Source: Squalus acanthias
Taxonomy: Eukaryota
Direction: 5' to 3'
Length of the DNA: 64,000 bases
Assembly: GCA_030390025.1 (NCBI GenBank)
Contig: CM059431.1
Coordinates: forward strand, 118,670,001 to 118,734,000
The position numbers were made by a program, and so were the translations under genes. Below the pieces are notes generated by a model. It did not search any database. It had not been told where the DNA came from and saw nothing but the letters and a program-made list of their open reading frames with translations. Position 1 is the first letter of the stretch; each line of letters starts with the position of its first letter. Below, one piece after another: positions 39,785 through 51,837 of this stretch.

Positions 39785-39915
39785 ATTTCATTTTCTTGTC
39801 CTTATAGCCCAAACACAATGAGAAAATAATCCAATTTCCCATTATATATGACCATGCGATTTTAATGACGCACAGAGGGATAGAATGCTTGGATAATGTT
39901 GTTAAACTCATTTGC
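39785..39915 (-). pseudogene. Exon of the decayed host gene (131 nt)
   Basis: CCAATTTCTAG acceptor, GTATGA donor; ANEFNNIIQAFYPSVRH*NRMVIYNGKLDYFLIVFGL*GQENE. Confidence 0.55.
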
Positions 39916-40379
39916 CTAGAAATTGGTTTGCACCCAAACCGGGGCGAAATAGATATAGCATGGTATAGATCATGGTTCAAATGTTAAATTCTGTACTAAG
40001 AGTGGTAAGATGGTAGATAAAGGGCTAGAAATTCATTATAGCCAAGGAATGGGCGGTGTCAATAGAAAAGTTGGAGAATTAGCGCCAGGCGCAAATGTTT
40101 TAGACTGCACACAAAATTCGTGCTCACTGCTCAATAAAATGATTTGAGTCCTAAATCAATTCTTAAAACCCAAGTTCATTGGTGTTACACTCAAAGGGTG
40201 GACCAATATTGGGTGAAGTCTAATCACAACTCATCATTGCCACAGGCTTTTTTCACTTTTAAAGGAGAGGTTCATTGATGCTGGAGCACCTCATTCTCAG
40301 CATTGCTGGCTGTGCAGCTGCCTCAGCAAGCAGAAGCACATCAAGGAGAAGGAGCTGGAGGACTGAACCAGGTGTGCTC

Positions 40380-42214
40380 ATGGCAGATCCAAGCCCCAGG
40401 TAGACAGCCCGCAGATTCGCCGATGAAGCATTGGAGGCATTGGTTTTTGCTGTGGAGAGATGGAGGGCGGTGCTCTACCCGGCAAGTGGCAGGAGACCCT
40501 TGTCACAAGTCGTCTGCACCATGTGGAGGGAGGTAGCGTAGCACGTGTTGGGCAGCATTGCGGTCCCCAGGACACACACCCAGTGCAGGAAGAAATTTAA
40601 CGACCTCACTCAGGTGGTCGGGGTGAGTGAATGCTTCAACAAATGCTACATACCACTATCTGAACCTCAGTCTGCACACACTGCCCAAAGCACCACACCC
40701 CCAGCACTCACCCACCAACAATCTCTACCTACCAACACTCACAACCACATCTCACACCTTGCACACAATGACAGCTATTCAACTATGGCAGGCACATCAC
40801 CCAAACACATTGCTCACAACTCACACGCACACTTTCCTTTCTCTTGCAGGCCAAGTTGGATCATAACAGGAGGGAGCAGGAGCACTATGGCGGGGAACAA
40901 GCCGACACACAACTACTGTCTGCACTGGAGAATCGAGTGCTGCAAATTATTGGGCGGCAGGTACTGGGTGCCATGGCCACGGGCAACATTGACAACAACG
41001 GTATGTTCATCCCTACTCCTTCTTCTCACATCCCACTTCCCCCTCACCCCACAAGCATTTTGTACTTTCCAGCTAATCATGCTGTATGCATGCATTTCTC
41101 CCTTCCTTCCCCCAACCTCTCACCTTAATTCGATTCTTGTGCCTTTATGCTTTCAGATAATGAGCAAGCACCTGAGCAGCCTGTCCCTGAGGGCACGGTA
41201 GCGAGCAAGGCAGGAGAAGAGGAGGAGGAAGAACGCACCGTGTCATTGCATCTCTCATCCGCAGACACAAGCTCAGATACTGGCACTACACGTTCTTTAG
41301 AGGCTAGTTTAGTAGCGGGATCTGCACAAGGTGATCCACCCGGGGTGAGTGGGCTACAGCAAGGCCAGGGGGAAAGGGTAGCTCGGGGGCCAGCTCCCCA
41401 GAAGGCAAGTTTGCACGAGAGTTCTGCTGCACAGGACTCAAATGAGGACCTCAATGGCAGAGGCCTTTAGAAGAAGGGTGATGGGCATGCACACAGAGAT
41501 GATAGGTGCAATGGCAAGGGTGTTCGAGAGTAGTAAGGAGCGTGGAGGAGTCTGCCTCCAACATTGCACAAGGTTCTGCGCACACCATGGAGCCCATCAC
41601 TTCCAGTCTGCAAAGAATGGTAGACACCCAGAGAGACTGTGGCGACCCAGACCTGATGCTGCGTGTGATGGGCGATCTGGCAGCTTCCATTGCAGCACAG
41701 GCGGAAGTGACACAACGTCTTAGTGCTTTCATGCAGTCTCAGCTTGATGCCACACACACTCTTACTGCTGCCATCGTAGCTGGGTCTACCACTGTCGACC
41801 GGGGCTTTCATGGTGTCGCAGCAGGCCAGCAATCTCTGCTGCAACAGATTGCTAGGGATGCTGAGGTGCTGCCCCGGGGGGTGTGGCAGTGGGTCAGTGG
41901 AGCAGGAAGCTGCTGTCCTCTCTCAGGATGACAGCTTTCCTGCTCCCACCACTGCCACTTTGCCATTGCCCTTGTCGCTGCCTGTCAGCCAGCCAGCCCA
42001 GACTGCTGCCTATGCTGAGGCAGTGCAGTCTACAGCCGGGCCTTCCAGGTCCAGAGCTGGTCGAGGGCGTCCTGCAAGGCCATTTGAAGTCTCCCGCATG
42101 GTGCAGCCTTCCATCAGCACTACTGCAGCCACTGGGCCAACACTTTGTAGGAGCATTACAGTAGGTAAAGGCACAGTAACGACAGGCAATAAGGGATTGC
42201 ACAGGGGTGAATAG
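40380..42214 (+). pseudogene. Harbinger Myb/SANT-like DNA-binding protein, 3 exons (40380-40622, 40850-41000, 41157-42214)
   Basis: RRFADEALEALV...QCRKKFNDL; GTGAGT..TTGCAG and GTATGT..TTTCAG introns with matching phases; stop and frameshifts. Confidence 0.85.
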
Positions 42215-42380
42215 TTATTTATTTTTGGAGTAAATATGTGTTCACTGATTTTTGATGAATTTATTAATTCAGTTTGGATTCTATTGTGGTGTGTCTCATT
42301 TCAGCTTTCTGCTGTGATATGGCCTGTGACAGGGATGGAATGATGGGGATGTGGTGAGCAACGGGGATCTGGAGTTTAAT

Positions 42381-43553
42381 TCATTCAAACTGCAGTCTGA
42401 TGAGGCGGTCACAGACCGCCCTTCCGGAAGGCCGATTGAATGGCTGCCTCCTCCCTTGCTCCTGTTCCTCCTCCTCCCCCTCCTCCTCCTCCTCGTCCTC
42501 CTCCTCGTCCTCTCCCTCTTCCTCCTCCTGAGGTGGTTCCGCTATCCCTAGTGGCAATTGCTGGGCCCTCATGATGGCCAAGTTGTGGAGCATGCAGCAG
42601 ACCACCACGAAATGGGACACCCACTCAGCCGAGTACTGGAGGGCTCCTGCCGAGCAGTCAAGGCAGCGGAACTGTTGCTTCAGTTGGCCAATGGTCTGCT
42701 CGATGATGTTCCTGATGGCAGCATGGCTCACATTATATGAGTGCTGAGCAGGAGTGTTGGGGTTGCGGAGGGGAGCCATGAGCCAGGTGGAGAATGGATT
42801 GCCCTTGTCTCTGAGCAGACAGCCATGAGCTTGATGTGGTGGCTGGAAGAGTGCTGACACCCTGGTCTGTCGCAGGATGAAGGCATCGTGGCTGCTGCCA
42901 GGATAGCAGGCATTGACATTGAGGATTCGCTGTCTGTGGTCGCACACCAACAGCACATTAAGTGAGTGGTAGCCTTTGCAGTTACAGAAGATCTCAGGAT
43001 TGTTATGCAGTGCCCGCAAAGCCACATGGGTGCAGTCAATGGCGCCCTGCACCATGGGGAATCCTGCTATCATGGCAAAGCCACATGCACACTCATCCTG
43101 CTTCTCTCTGGTGATGGGGAAGGAAATGTAGTCCCTTCTTCTAATCTAAAGAGCCTCTGTGACCTCCAGGATGCAGCGATGGACGGGGAACAGCGAGATG
43201 TTCCCTATGTCTCCTGTTGCAGAATGGAAGGAAGATACTGAGGGCGACAGTGACCATGACTGTCACTGGGAGAGCTGTGGTTGCCCTGATCTGAGGCTGG
43301 AGGTCTGGTTGCAGGAAATGGCAGGGTTCTATGATCACCCCTTGGTGAAGCGGAACCTTCTAATACACTGCTCCTCGCTTAATTGGAGGTAGGAGAAGTA
43401 CTCTCGGAATACCCTCGGAGGGTAAGGCCTCCTGTTGAGAGGCCTGATGGTCCTCCTCCTCCATCTGGGCACATGTTCCAGTTTTTCTCGCTGCCTCTGC
43501 CCCCTCCACCATAGATCCTGGAGGGCGAGGTTGACTGCCAATACAGCCCCCAT
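42381..43553 (-). pseudogene. Harbinger DDE transposase, frameshifted
   Basis: GAIDCTHV, GSSHDAFIL, LRDKG, IEQTIGQLK and CCMLHN motifs; acidic C-terminal tract. Confidence 0.93.
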
Positions 43554-44234
43554 TAATGTTACCAAGTGTAGCAGTTAGTTTCTTTGAAGAATAAATGAAG
43601 CTACTTTTTAGTTGCCACAAGACTCCTGATACAAAAGAACCTTGAAGTTACTGAATAAAACTGTTGTAGTATGTGAAACTGACAAGAAACCACTGACTTG
43701 CACTAACCTAACAGCTGTGAGTGATTACTGATGATCCCTTTAAATAACGTCCCTGGAGCCGGCTTCCTCGTGTTGCACGCCAGCTCTCCCTGTCGGTGTT
43801 TACTCCAGGCACTAAAGTAAGTGGCAAGAATCAATTTAGCAGATCGGGCGGTCAGTGAGCGTTTCACACTCACTGATGTCACGATCCACCTGGCATTGAT
43901 GCTCCCTCTTACCAGCGGCGCTATGGGGGGAAGGGATTTGGTGTGCGCCACTGGATTTGCCTCACCCCAGCGATACTGGTCTAGCGCCCCATTAGCACCA
44001 TCTGCTAATGCTAACGGGAAGAACTAAGGGGACGAATATTTCCCCCAAAGTGCCTAGGTACCTCCGTAAATAGGGAGAAAAAATGTAATTATTCTTAAAT
44101 ATTGAAAGTGTGATTTTAACATAACTGTCTGAACAAATGTGCTCACTATTATAACTAATGAGTAAACGTGGTGGAGACACATGATGGATATCAACTGTCC
44201 TGATAGCCAGTAAGTTTAATACACTAGTAAGGGT

Positions 44235-44540
44235 TGGTAACCAGAGGACACAGATTTAAGGTGATTGGCAAAATAACCAGAGGCGAGATGAGGAAATATT
44301 GTTTTACATGACAAGTTGTTGTGATCTGGAACACACTCCCTGAAAGGGTGGTGGAAGCAGATTCAATAGTAACTTTCAAAAGAGAATTGGATGAATAATT
44401 GAAGGGAAAAAGAATTACAGTGCTCTGGGGAAAGAGCGGGGCAGTGGGACTAGATGAAAAGATCTACCAAAGAGCCAGCACAGGCACGATGGGCCAAATG
44501 GCTTACTTCTGTGCTGTATCATTCAATGATTTTATGATCC
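44235..44540 (+). mobile_element. CR1 3' end, degenerate
   Basis: TRGHRFKVIG coding remnant and tail. Confidence 0.75.
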
Positions 44541-45066
44541 TATATGGCAAATATCCCACAAAGGACAATCTCTTTCATGTGCATTCACAGTCCTATCGGC
44601 TCACCAAAAAACTCACTGTACATTTGAAATTATATCCTTTCCTGGGAGTTGCTCTACACACTAAAATGGCTCTTGGGAATGTTGATTACCTGGGTGTCTT
44701 AAGAAGGTGAATGTTAAAAAATAATAATTGGAATTTGCAGCATGAGGAAAGCAATAACACAAGATGAAACACATCAGACCTCCACTCCAACTTGCAATTC
44801 TGAAATTTGCTAATGCAGGTTGTAATGGAATTCATTTCCAAGCATTAGCCAGTTTTAATGTTGACTTAGTGCTATTTGAAAAATAACAAACTTGGCATTA
44901 AAATATGCATGCAGTCTATTCTTAGTTCAAAGTTGCTAAATTCAAATTATTTGCTAATCCAAATATTAAATACCAACTTTACTGTGTTGCTGATGTTGCT
45001 TAATTCAGATTATTGGATAATCTCATTTTCTGAGCGCAAAAAAACTTCAAGTTATCAGTAGACAAT

Positions 45067-47767
45067 GGCCTAGAAATTGGGCAACTTACTGCCATCTGGT
45101 TGTGCTGCCATCATGGTGAAAAATCTCTCACGGGATTCGCAGGCCGTCATTTTGGTGAGGGCCGTAGCACTGCTGATAGCTGATAGCAGCGCTGGCCCTG
45201 GAGATGTAAATGAAGAGAGCGAACTGCGAACTGCTGAGTTCAGTGCTGGGTCCTAAGCCTGCTCTGAAAAGCGAGCATTCAGCAGACTGACAGGGATGCT
45301 GGCAGCACTTCTTAAAGGGAGATACACATCTTTCAGGTAAATTTGCATTTAAGCCTTTGGACTGATTTTTTTTAATTTTATTGAAGTAGTGGTTTGGTGC
45401 AATACATGTTAAACGTTTTTTACGTGTGCAGGGAATGCAGGGAGTGCTGCTGGACACTTGCAAGGCCTCGGATGGTAAAGGAAGGCCTCTGAGAAGACAG
45501 AAAATGCTGGAAATACCCAGCAGGTCAGGCGGCATCCATGGAGAGAGAAACAGAGTTCACATCTCAGGTCAAGATGCTGCCTGACCTGCCAAGTATTTCC
45601 AGTATTTTATGCTTTTAGTTCAGATTTACAGCATCTGCTCGCAGAGATAAGAGGAAGAAGCAGAAGAAGAAGACGCAGAAGAGGAAGATGCAGCAGAGGA
45701 GGAAGGAGAAGAGGAGGCAGCAGAAGCAAGGATGCAACCTCTTTCTTGTTGGGATATCTGGGATGGAATCACCCGCCTGCGGTACCAGTGACCACAATCC
45801 CAATTCCCCTTTCAACATTAGCCACACACCTTACCTTCCCTCTGTTACTGACCATCACAGTGTCCTCTTGGCCACAATGCTGAAATAAAAGCCACCACAA
45901 AGCAAACTTTCCAGTCCAAATTTATCCATCTATCCATCCAATATGACATCAAGAAATCAACTCATCAACCTTATGCAATCTATTAGTGACTGTCTTGTGT
46001 GTGGCTTTGCCTATCCTACTGATGTCACAGTGCTACCCCAGTGGCTACAGTTTGGCTGGTAGAAGACTGCTGACTTTTAGTGGGGACACTGCAAATGGCC
46101 TTGCAGGTCGACCTTGAGGAGCTGATGGCTGGGAGTGTGAAATCAAGTGACGGTGTTGTTTTTTCTTTTTTGTCTTCTTCTTCTTCGTCTTTGTCTTCTT
46201 CTTCTTCTCTCTCCTCTCCCTCTTTTTGGTCAACCATTGGCTAGGCAGGCTGCTTTTCTTGGGTGTGTGAAATGAGGAAGGCATAAGGGTGGAGTTGTGG
46301 TGAGGGAAGGGTGGGAAAGCAAGAGGTGCATTTGAGAAGGAGGATAACATATGAGGATACTAGCATCTTGTATCCTTTTAGCCCCGCTGCTGGCCAAGGG
46401 CTCAGCCATGCCCCTGTAAAGGATAGCAGCAACATCTCCTCCAAGGGGTTGAGGTGAAGCTAGGAATGGGGGTGTACCTTGTGTTTGGTAGAGATTGTTG
46501 TTAGGTGAGTGATTAGGGGTGGAATCATGCATTGAGCAGTGTGTGAGGCTACTGGTGCAGTTGGTAGGAGACGGCTTTTGAAGATGCATTCACTGACCCT
46601 GACCACTGGCCTGAAGTCATGAAGCTTCTTTGGGCACTGGAGCCAGGTTGTGGGGGTGACACTGCTGGCAATGACAGCTTCGGTGATCTGGTCCCAAATC
46701 CTGCTTTCTGGAGGGCCTCCTGGCCCCCTATGGGTAGAGGACCTGTCTTGCAGTGTTGACCCCCGGCACAAAGCTGGAGTGCTGCGTGCGAGATCCTAGG
46801 TGCCCCTTCCCTGTCTTGCTGAGCCATTTGTGTTGGTGCTGAAGCACTTTTCCCATTTTTTTAGGTGCGGAAGGCAATTCAGTTTTAAGAGCTGAAGACT
46901 CCCATTTGGAAATTCCTTTCAATTTTTTTTCACAAGGCAGTTGAGCTGTAAGGGCTAAAAGCTGCCTATTTTTACATGATCTTTCTTTTTTTCTTTTCAG
47001 AGGACAGATCCCCTTTAAGAGACTGAACTGCTTTCTGAAATGACAGCCTCACTTTCAGAGCAGGCTGTTCTTGCTGCAATGACGCCAAGGCCATGCCAGA
47101 TTGGGGCCTCCAACCGAGAGGAATACCACATCTGGTCCCAAATCCTGCTTTCTGGAGGGCCTCCTGGCCCCCTATGGGTAGAGGCAACACGGTGGCATAG
47201 TGGTTAGCACTGGTGCCTCACAGCGCCAGAGACCCGGGTTCGAATCTGACCTCGGGTGACTGTCTGTGTGGAGTTTGCACATTCTCCCCGTGTCTGCGTG
47301 GGTTTCCTCCGGGTGCTCCGGTTTCCTCCCACAGTCCAAAAATGTGCGGGTTAGGTTGATTTGGCTATGATAAATTGACCCTTAGTGTTAGGGGGGGATT
47401 AAATATGTGGGGTTATGGGGATAGGATGGGATATGTTAGGGGGAATTAAATACGTGGGGTTACGGGGGTAGGGTGGGATGTGTACTGTGGGGATTAAAGC
47501 AGGGACAGGGTACTGGATTTGGATGATCAGCCATGATCGTATTGAATGGTGGAGCAGGCTCGACGGGCCGAATGGCCTACTCCTGCTCCTAGATTCTATG
47601 TTTCTATGTTTCTATGACGCCGTTGCCCAGTGAGTAGAGCGCTGGGCTAATGTTAATTAATCCTCAGCGCCAATTTACCATTCCTGCCAGCGCCAACATT
47701 TTCGGCAGCTGTTAACACCGGCCCGCGAGGCACAATCAGGTTTTTGCCGATATCGAATTTCTACACC
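45067..47767. mobile_element. Internally deleted Harbinger, opposite orientation to the 40-44 kb copy
   Basis: Termini GGCCTAGAAATT / AATTTCTACACC; Myb exon 1 on minus strand (ORFs 46549..46827 and 46460..46771, WLQCPKKLHDF); TSD not conserved. Confidence 0.7.
47183..47615 (+). mobile_element. V-SINE (HE1-like): tRNA head, V domain, CR1 tail
   Basis: GGTGGCATAGTGG...GGTTCGAATC head; GTGTGGAGTTTGCACATTCTCCCCGTG...CCGGTTTCCTCCCACAG V domain; (TTTCTATG)n tail. Confidence 0.9.
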
Positions 47768-50565
47768 TGTATATTTTATTAGTTCCAAGTCATATTTTCC
47801 GACTGGCGCTTTTAAATGATTTTCCAGTAAGTTAAAAACAACAACCAAGTCAATCATGCAATGTAGGTCTGATCAATTTCAGCAAGTAACTATTTGTGAG
47901 TCTAACTCCAACCCCGATGGCTCAGTAGGTCAATGCGCTGTTTGGTATGTACTGAGCCAGATCTGAATACTGGTGAGGGGTGATAGTTCCTCTGGGGAGT
48001 ACAGCCAGAGCAAAGTCCATGGCACCATGGGTGGCTCAGCTGTACAAGCGGGGAAGAGGAAGGTCAGAAAAGCAATAGTGATAGGGGATTCAATAGTTAG
48101 GGGAACAGACAGATGTTTCTGTGGCCGCAAGACGTGACTCCAGGATGGCATGTTGCCTCCCTGGTGCCAGAGTCAAGGATGTCACTGAACGGCTGCAGGA
48201 CATTCTGAGGGGTGGTTGAACAGTCAGAGATCGTGGCCCATATCGGTACCAATGACATTGGTAGAAAGAGGGATGAGGTCCTGCAGGCAGATTTTAGGGA
48301 GCTAGGAAAGAGATTAATAAGCAAGACCTCAAAGGTAGTAATCTCCAGATTACTCCCGGTGCCACGCACTATTCAGTACAGAAATAGAAGGATAGAGCAG
48401 ATGACTGCTTGGCTGGAGAGATGGTGCAGGAGGGAAGGCTTTAGATTCCTGAGGCATTGGGACAGGTTCTGGAGGATGTGGGACCTGTACAAGCCAGACA
48501 GGTTGCACCTCAACAGGGCCGGGACCAATATCCTCGCGAGGAGATTTGCTAGTACTTTTGGGGATGTTTTAAACTAGCTTGGCAGGGGGATGGGAACCTG
48601 AGCGTAGATTCAGAAGGGAGAGAAGCAAAGCTGGAAATGGAAGGCAGTAAATCAGTAAGTGAGTTTGGAAGGCAGGGGAAACAAAGGCTAGAAAATAGAC
48701 AACAAAGGGATTTGGCAGTGCTTAATGGTATATACTTCAATGCAAAGAGTCTAGTAAATAAGGCAGATGAGCTGAGGCCACCGATAGACACGTGGAAGTA
48801 TGACATCATAGCTATTGCTGAAACATGGCTGAAAGAAGGGCAGGAATGGCAGCTCAACATTCCTGGTTACAGGGTGTTCCAATGAGATAGAGAGGGGGAT
48901 AAAAAAAAAGGAGGGCAGTTACAATATTGGTTAAAGAAATAATTACAGCTTTGAGGAGGGATGATATGTTAGAAGGATCATCAAATGAAGCCATATGGGT
49001 TGAACTGAAGAACAAAAAAGGGGCAATCACACTGCTGGGAGTGTACTATAGACCCCCAAATAGTCAGAGGGAGATAGATGAGCAAATATATAGGCAAATT
49101 TCTGAGAAGTGTAAAAACAATAGGGCAGTAATAGTAGGGGATTGAACTACCCTAATAGTAACTGGGATAGAAACAGTGTAAAAGGGAAAGAGATCACTGA
49201 ATTCTTAAAATGCATTCAGGAGAATTTTTTAGCCAGTACGTAGCAAGCTCAACAAGAGAGGGGTCAGTTCTGGACTTAGTTTTAGGGAATGAGCTGGGCA
49301 GGTGGCAGGTGGAAGGGGTATCAATGGGAGAGCATTTTGGTGGTAGTAATCATAATTCAGCTAGATTTAGCGTAGTTATGGAAAAGGCAACGATAGACCA
49401 GGAGTAAAAGTTTTCAATTGGGGAAAGGCCAATTTTACTAATTTACTGGGAAGTGATTTAGAAATGGTGGACTGGAAACAGCTAATTGGAGGTAAATCAA
49501 TGTCAGAGCAGTGGGAGGCATTCAAGGAGGAGAGAGTGAGGGTTCAGAGCAAATATATTCTGACAAAGAAAAAGGGTGTGATTCCCAAATCTAGAGCCCC
49601 CTGGATGTCAAGGGGCATAAAGGGTAAGAAAAGGAAGAAAAGGGAAGCTTATGTCAGATACCGAGAGCTAAATACTGCAGAAAGCCTAGAAGAGTATAGA
49701 AAGTGCAGGGGTGAAAATAAAAAGGTAATTAGAAAAGCAAAGAGAAGGAATGAAAAATATTGACAAGTTAAATCAAGGAAAACCCAAGGATGTTTTATAA
49801 ATACATAAAAAGCAAGAGGATAATTAAGGAAATAGTAGGGCCTATTAAAAACCAAAAAGGTAACCTGTGTGTGAAAGTGGAAGACGTGGGTATGGTTCTT
49901 AATGAATACTTTGCGTCTGTCTTCACTAAAGAGAGGGGCAATGCAGACGTTGTAGTTAAGGCGGAGGAGTGTGAAATATTAGATGAGATAAACATAGTGA
50001 GAGAGAATATATTATGGGATTTAGCATCTTTGAAAGTAGACAAATCACCAGGCCCGGATGAAATGTATTCCAGGCTGTTAAGAGAAGCAAGGGAGGAAAT
50101 AGCGGAGGCTCTGACCATCATTTTTCAATCCTCTCTGGCTACAGGTGAGGGACTGGAGGACTGCTAATGTTGTACCATTGTTTAAAAAGGGAGAAAGGGA
50201 TAGACCGAGTAATTACAGGCCAGTCAGAGTAACCTCGATGGTGGGCAAATTATTGGAAAAAATTCTGAGTGACAGTATTAGTCATCATTTAGAAAGGCAC
50301 GAATTAATCACAGAGAGTCAGCATGGCTTTGTTAAGGGAAGGCCATGTCTGACTAACTTCATTGAATTTTTTGAGGAGGTAACAAGGAAGGTCGATGAGG
50401 GTAGTGCGTTTGATGTCGTCTAATGGATTTTAGCAAGGCTTTTGACAAGGTCCCACATGGCAGACCGCTCAGAAAAGCCCATGGGATCCAAGGGAAAGTG
50501 GTAAGTTGGATCCAAAATTGGCTCAGTGGCAGGAAGCAAAGGGTAATGATCGACGGGTGTTTTTG

Positions 50566-50810
50566 TGACTTGTCTGTGTGGAGTTTGCACATTCTCCCCG
50601 TGGGTTTCCTCCGGGTGCTCCGGTTTCCTCCCACAGTTCAAAAATGTGCGGGTTAGGTTGATTTGGCTATGATATGTGTACTGTGGGGATTAAAGCAGGG
50701 ACAGGGTGCTGGATTTGGATGATCAGCCATGATCGTATTGAATGGTGGAGCAGGCTCGACGGGCCGAATGGCCTACTCCTGCTCCTAGATTTGTTTCTAT
50801 GTTTCTATGT
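50566..50810 (+). mobile_element. 5'-truncated V-SINE inside CR1
   Basis: Near-identical to parts of 47257-47615. Confidence 0.88.
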
Positions 50811-51094
50811 TTGAAGGCTGTTTCCAGTGGGGTTCCACAGGGCTCAGTACTAGTTCCCTTGCTTTTTGTGGTATATATCAATGAGTTAGTCTTCAATGTA
50901 GGGGGCATGGTTAAGAAGTTTGCAGAGGATACAAAAATTGGCCGTGTGGTTGATAGTGAGGATGAAAGCTGTAGACTGCAGGAAGATATGAATGGACTGG
51001 TCAGGTGGGCAGAAAAGTGGCAAATGGAATTCAATCTGGAGAAGTGTGAGGTAATGCATTTGGGGAGGGCTAACAAGGCAAGGGGATATACAAT

Positions 51095-51837
51095 GGCCCA
51101 AAAATTAGTGTCTCTACGCGAGAGTACGCACTGTGTACTCTTGCGTATTCTGTCTCCAATTGCCGGTTTTCTGCATGCACTGCGCATGCGCTGAAAACCG
51201 GCACTTGGTGATTTCAAAAGGGGGCGGTTCCTAGGTGAACCACGTGCGCGCTACAGGCTGCGCGCACGCAGTGCACTTAGTGCTTTGAACGCGCAGGTAA
51301 GCATGGAAGATTTTGCACATAAAGAAAGGAGGCGTAAGACCCTCTTTTAACAAGGTAAGTAGTAAATTAAGTATTATTTTGATTTTTTTCAACAGGTATA
51401 TCTTTTTTAGAGACTTTAAAGAAAGGTAAGTTTATTTTTATAACTTTTTAAAAGATTTTAAATTTTTTCAAAAATTTAATTTTTTGTTTAAAGTGGTTAA
51501 TTTATTTAACTATACTTATTTTATTAATTTGATGGTTTTTAAAAAAAATTTAATTGAGGTTTAGCTGTTCTTTTGAGGGGGTATAGATTCATAGCTTTCA
51601 CAGCACTTGCTGTGAAAACTATGAATGAAAGATGGTGTGCTGCCATTGGCTCTAACTGAATCACGTGATCCCACAGCGCGCACGAATTAACTGCGCCTGT
51701 GGGATACGGAAGCACTGCACAGCTGCTGTCTAGAAAATCAAGTTCGTGCGAGCTCGGAATGAAAAGGCAGGCGCGCAGTGAGATATCGCGGGGAAGCCTT
51801 ACCCCCGCACGAAGGCTCCGTCATTAATTTCTGGGCC
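51095..51837. mobile_element. Harbinger-type MITE inside CR1
   Basis: TIRs GGCCCAAAAATTAGTG / CATTAATTTCTGGGCC; exact TSD AAT; CR1 resumes afterwards. Confidence 0.88.

Larger units (their letters stand above)
40022..44046. mobile_element. Full-length PIF/Harbinger transposon (4025 bp)
   Basis: Termini GGGCTAGAAATTC / GAATATTTCCCCC, 3-bp TSD AAA, convergent Myb/SANT gene and transposase. Confidence 0.92.

Noticed and set aside
47183..47260. tRNA genes (also 35668-35745, 33275-33345, 14350-14418)
   Set aside because: These are SINE heads continuing into V/Deu cores and LINE tails
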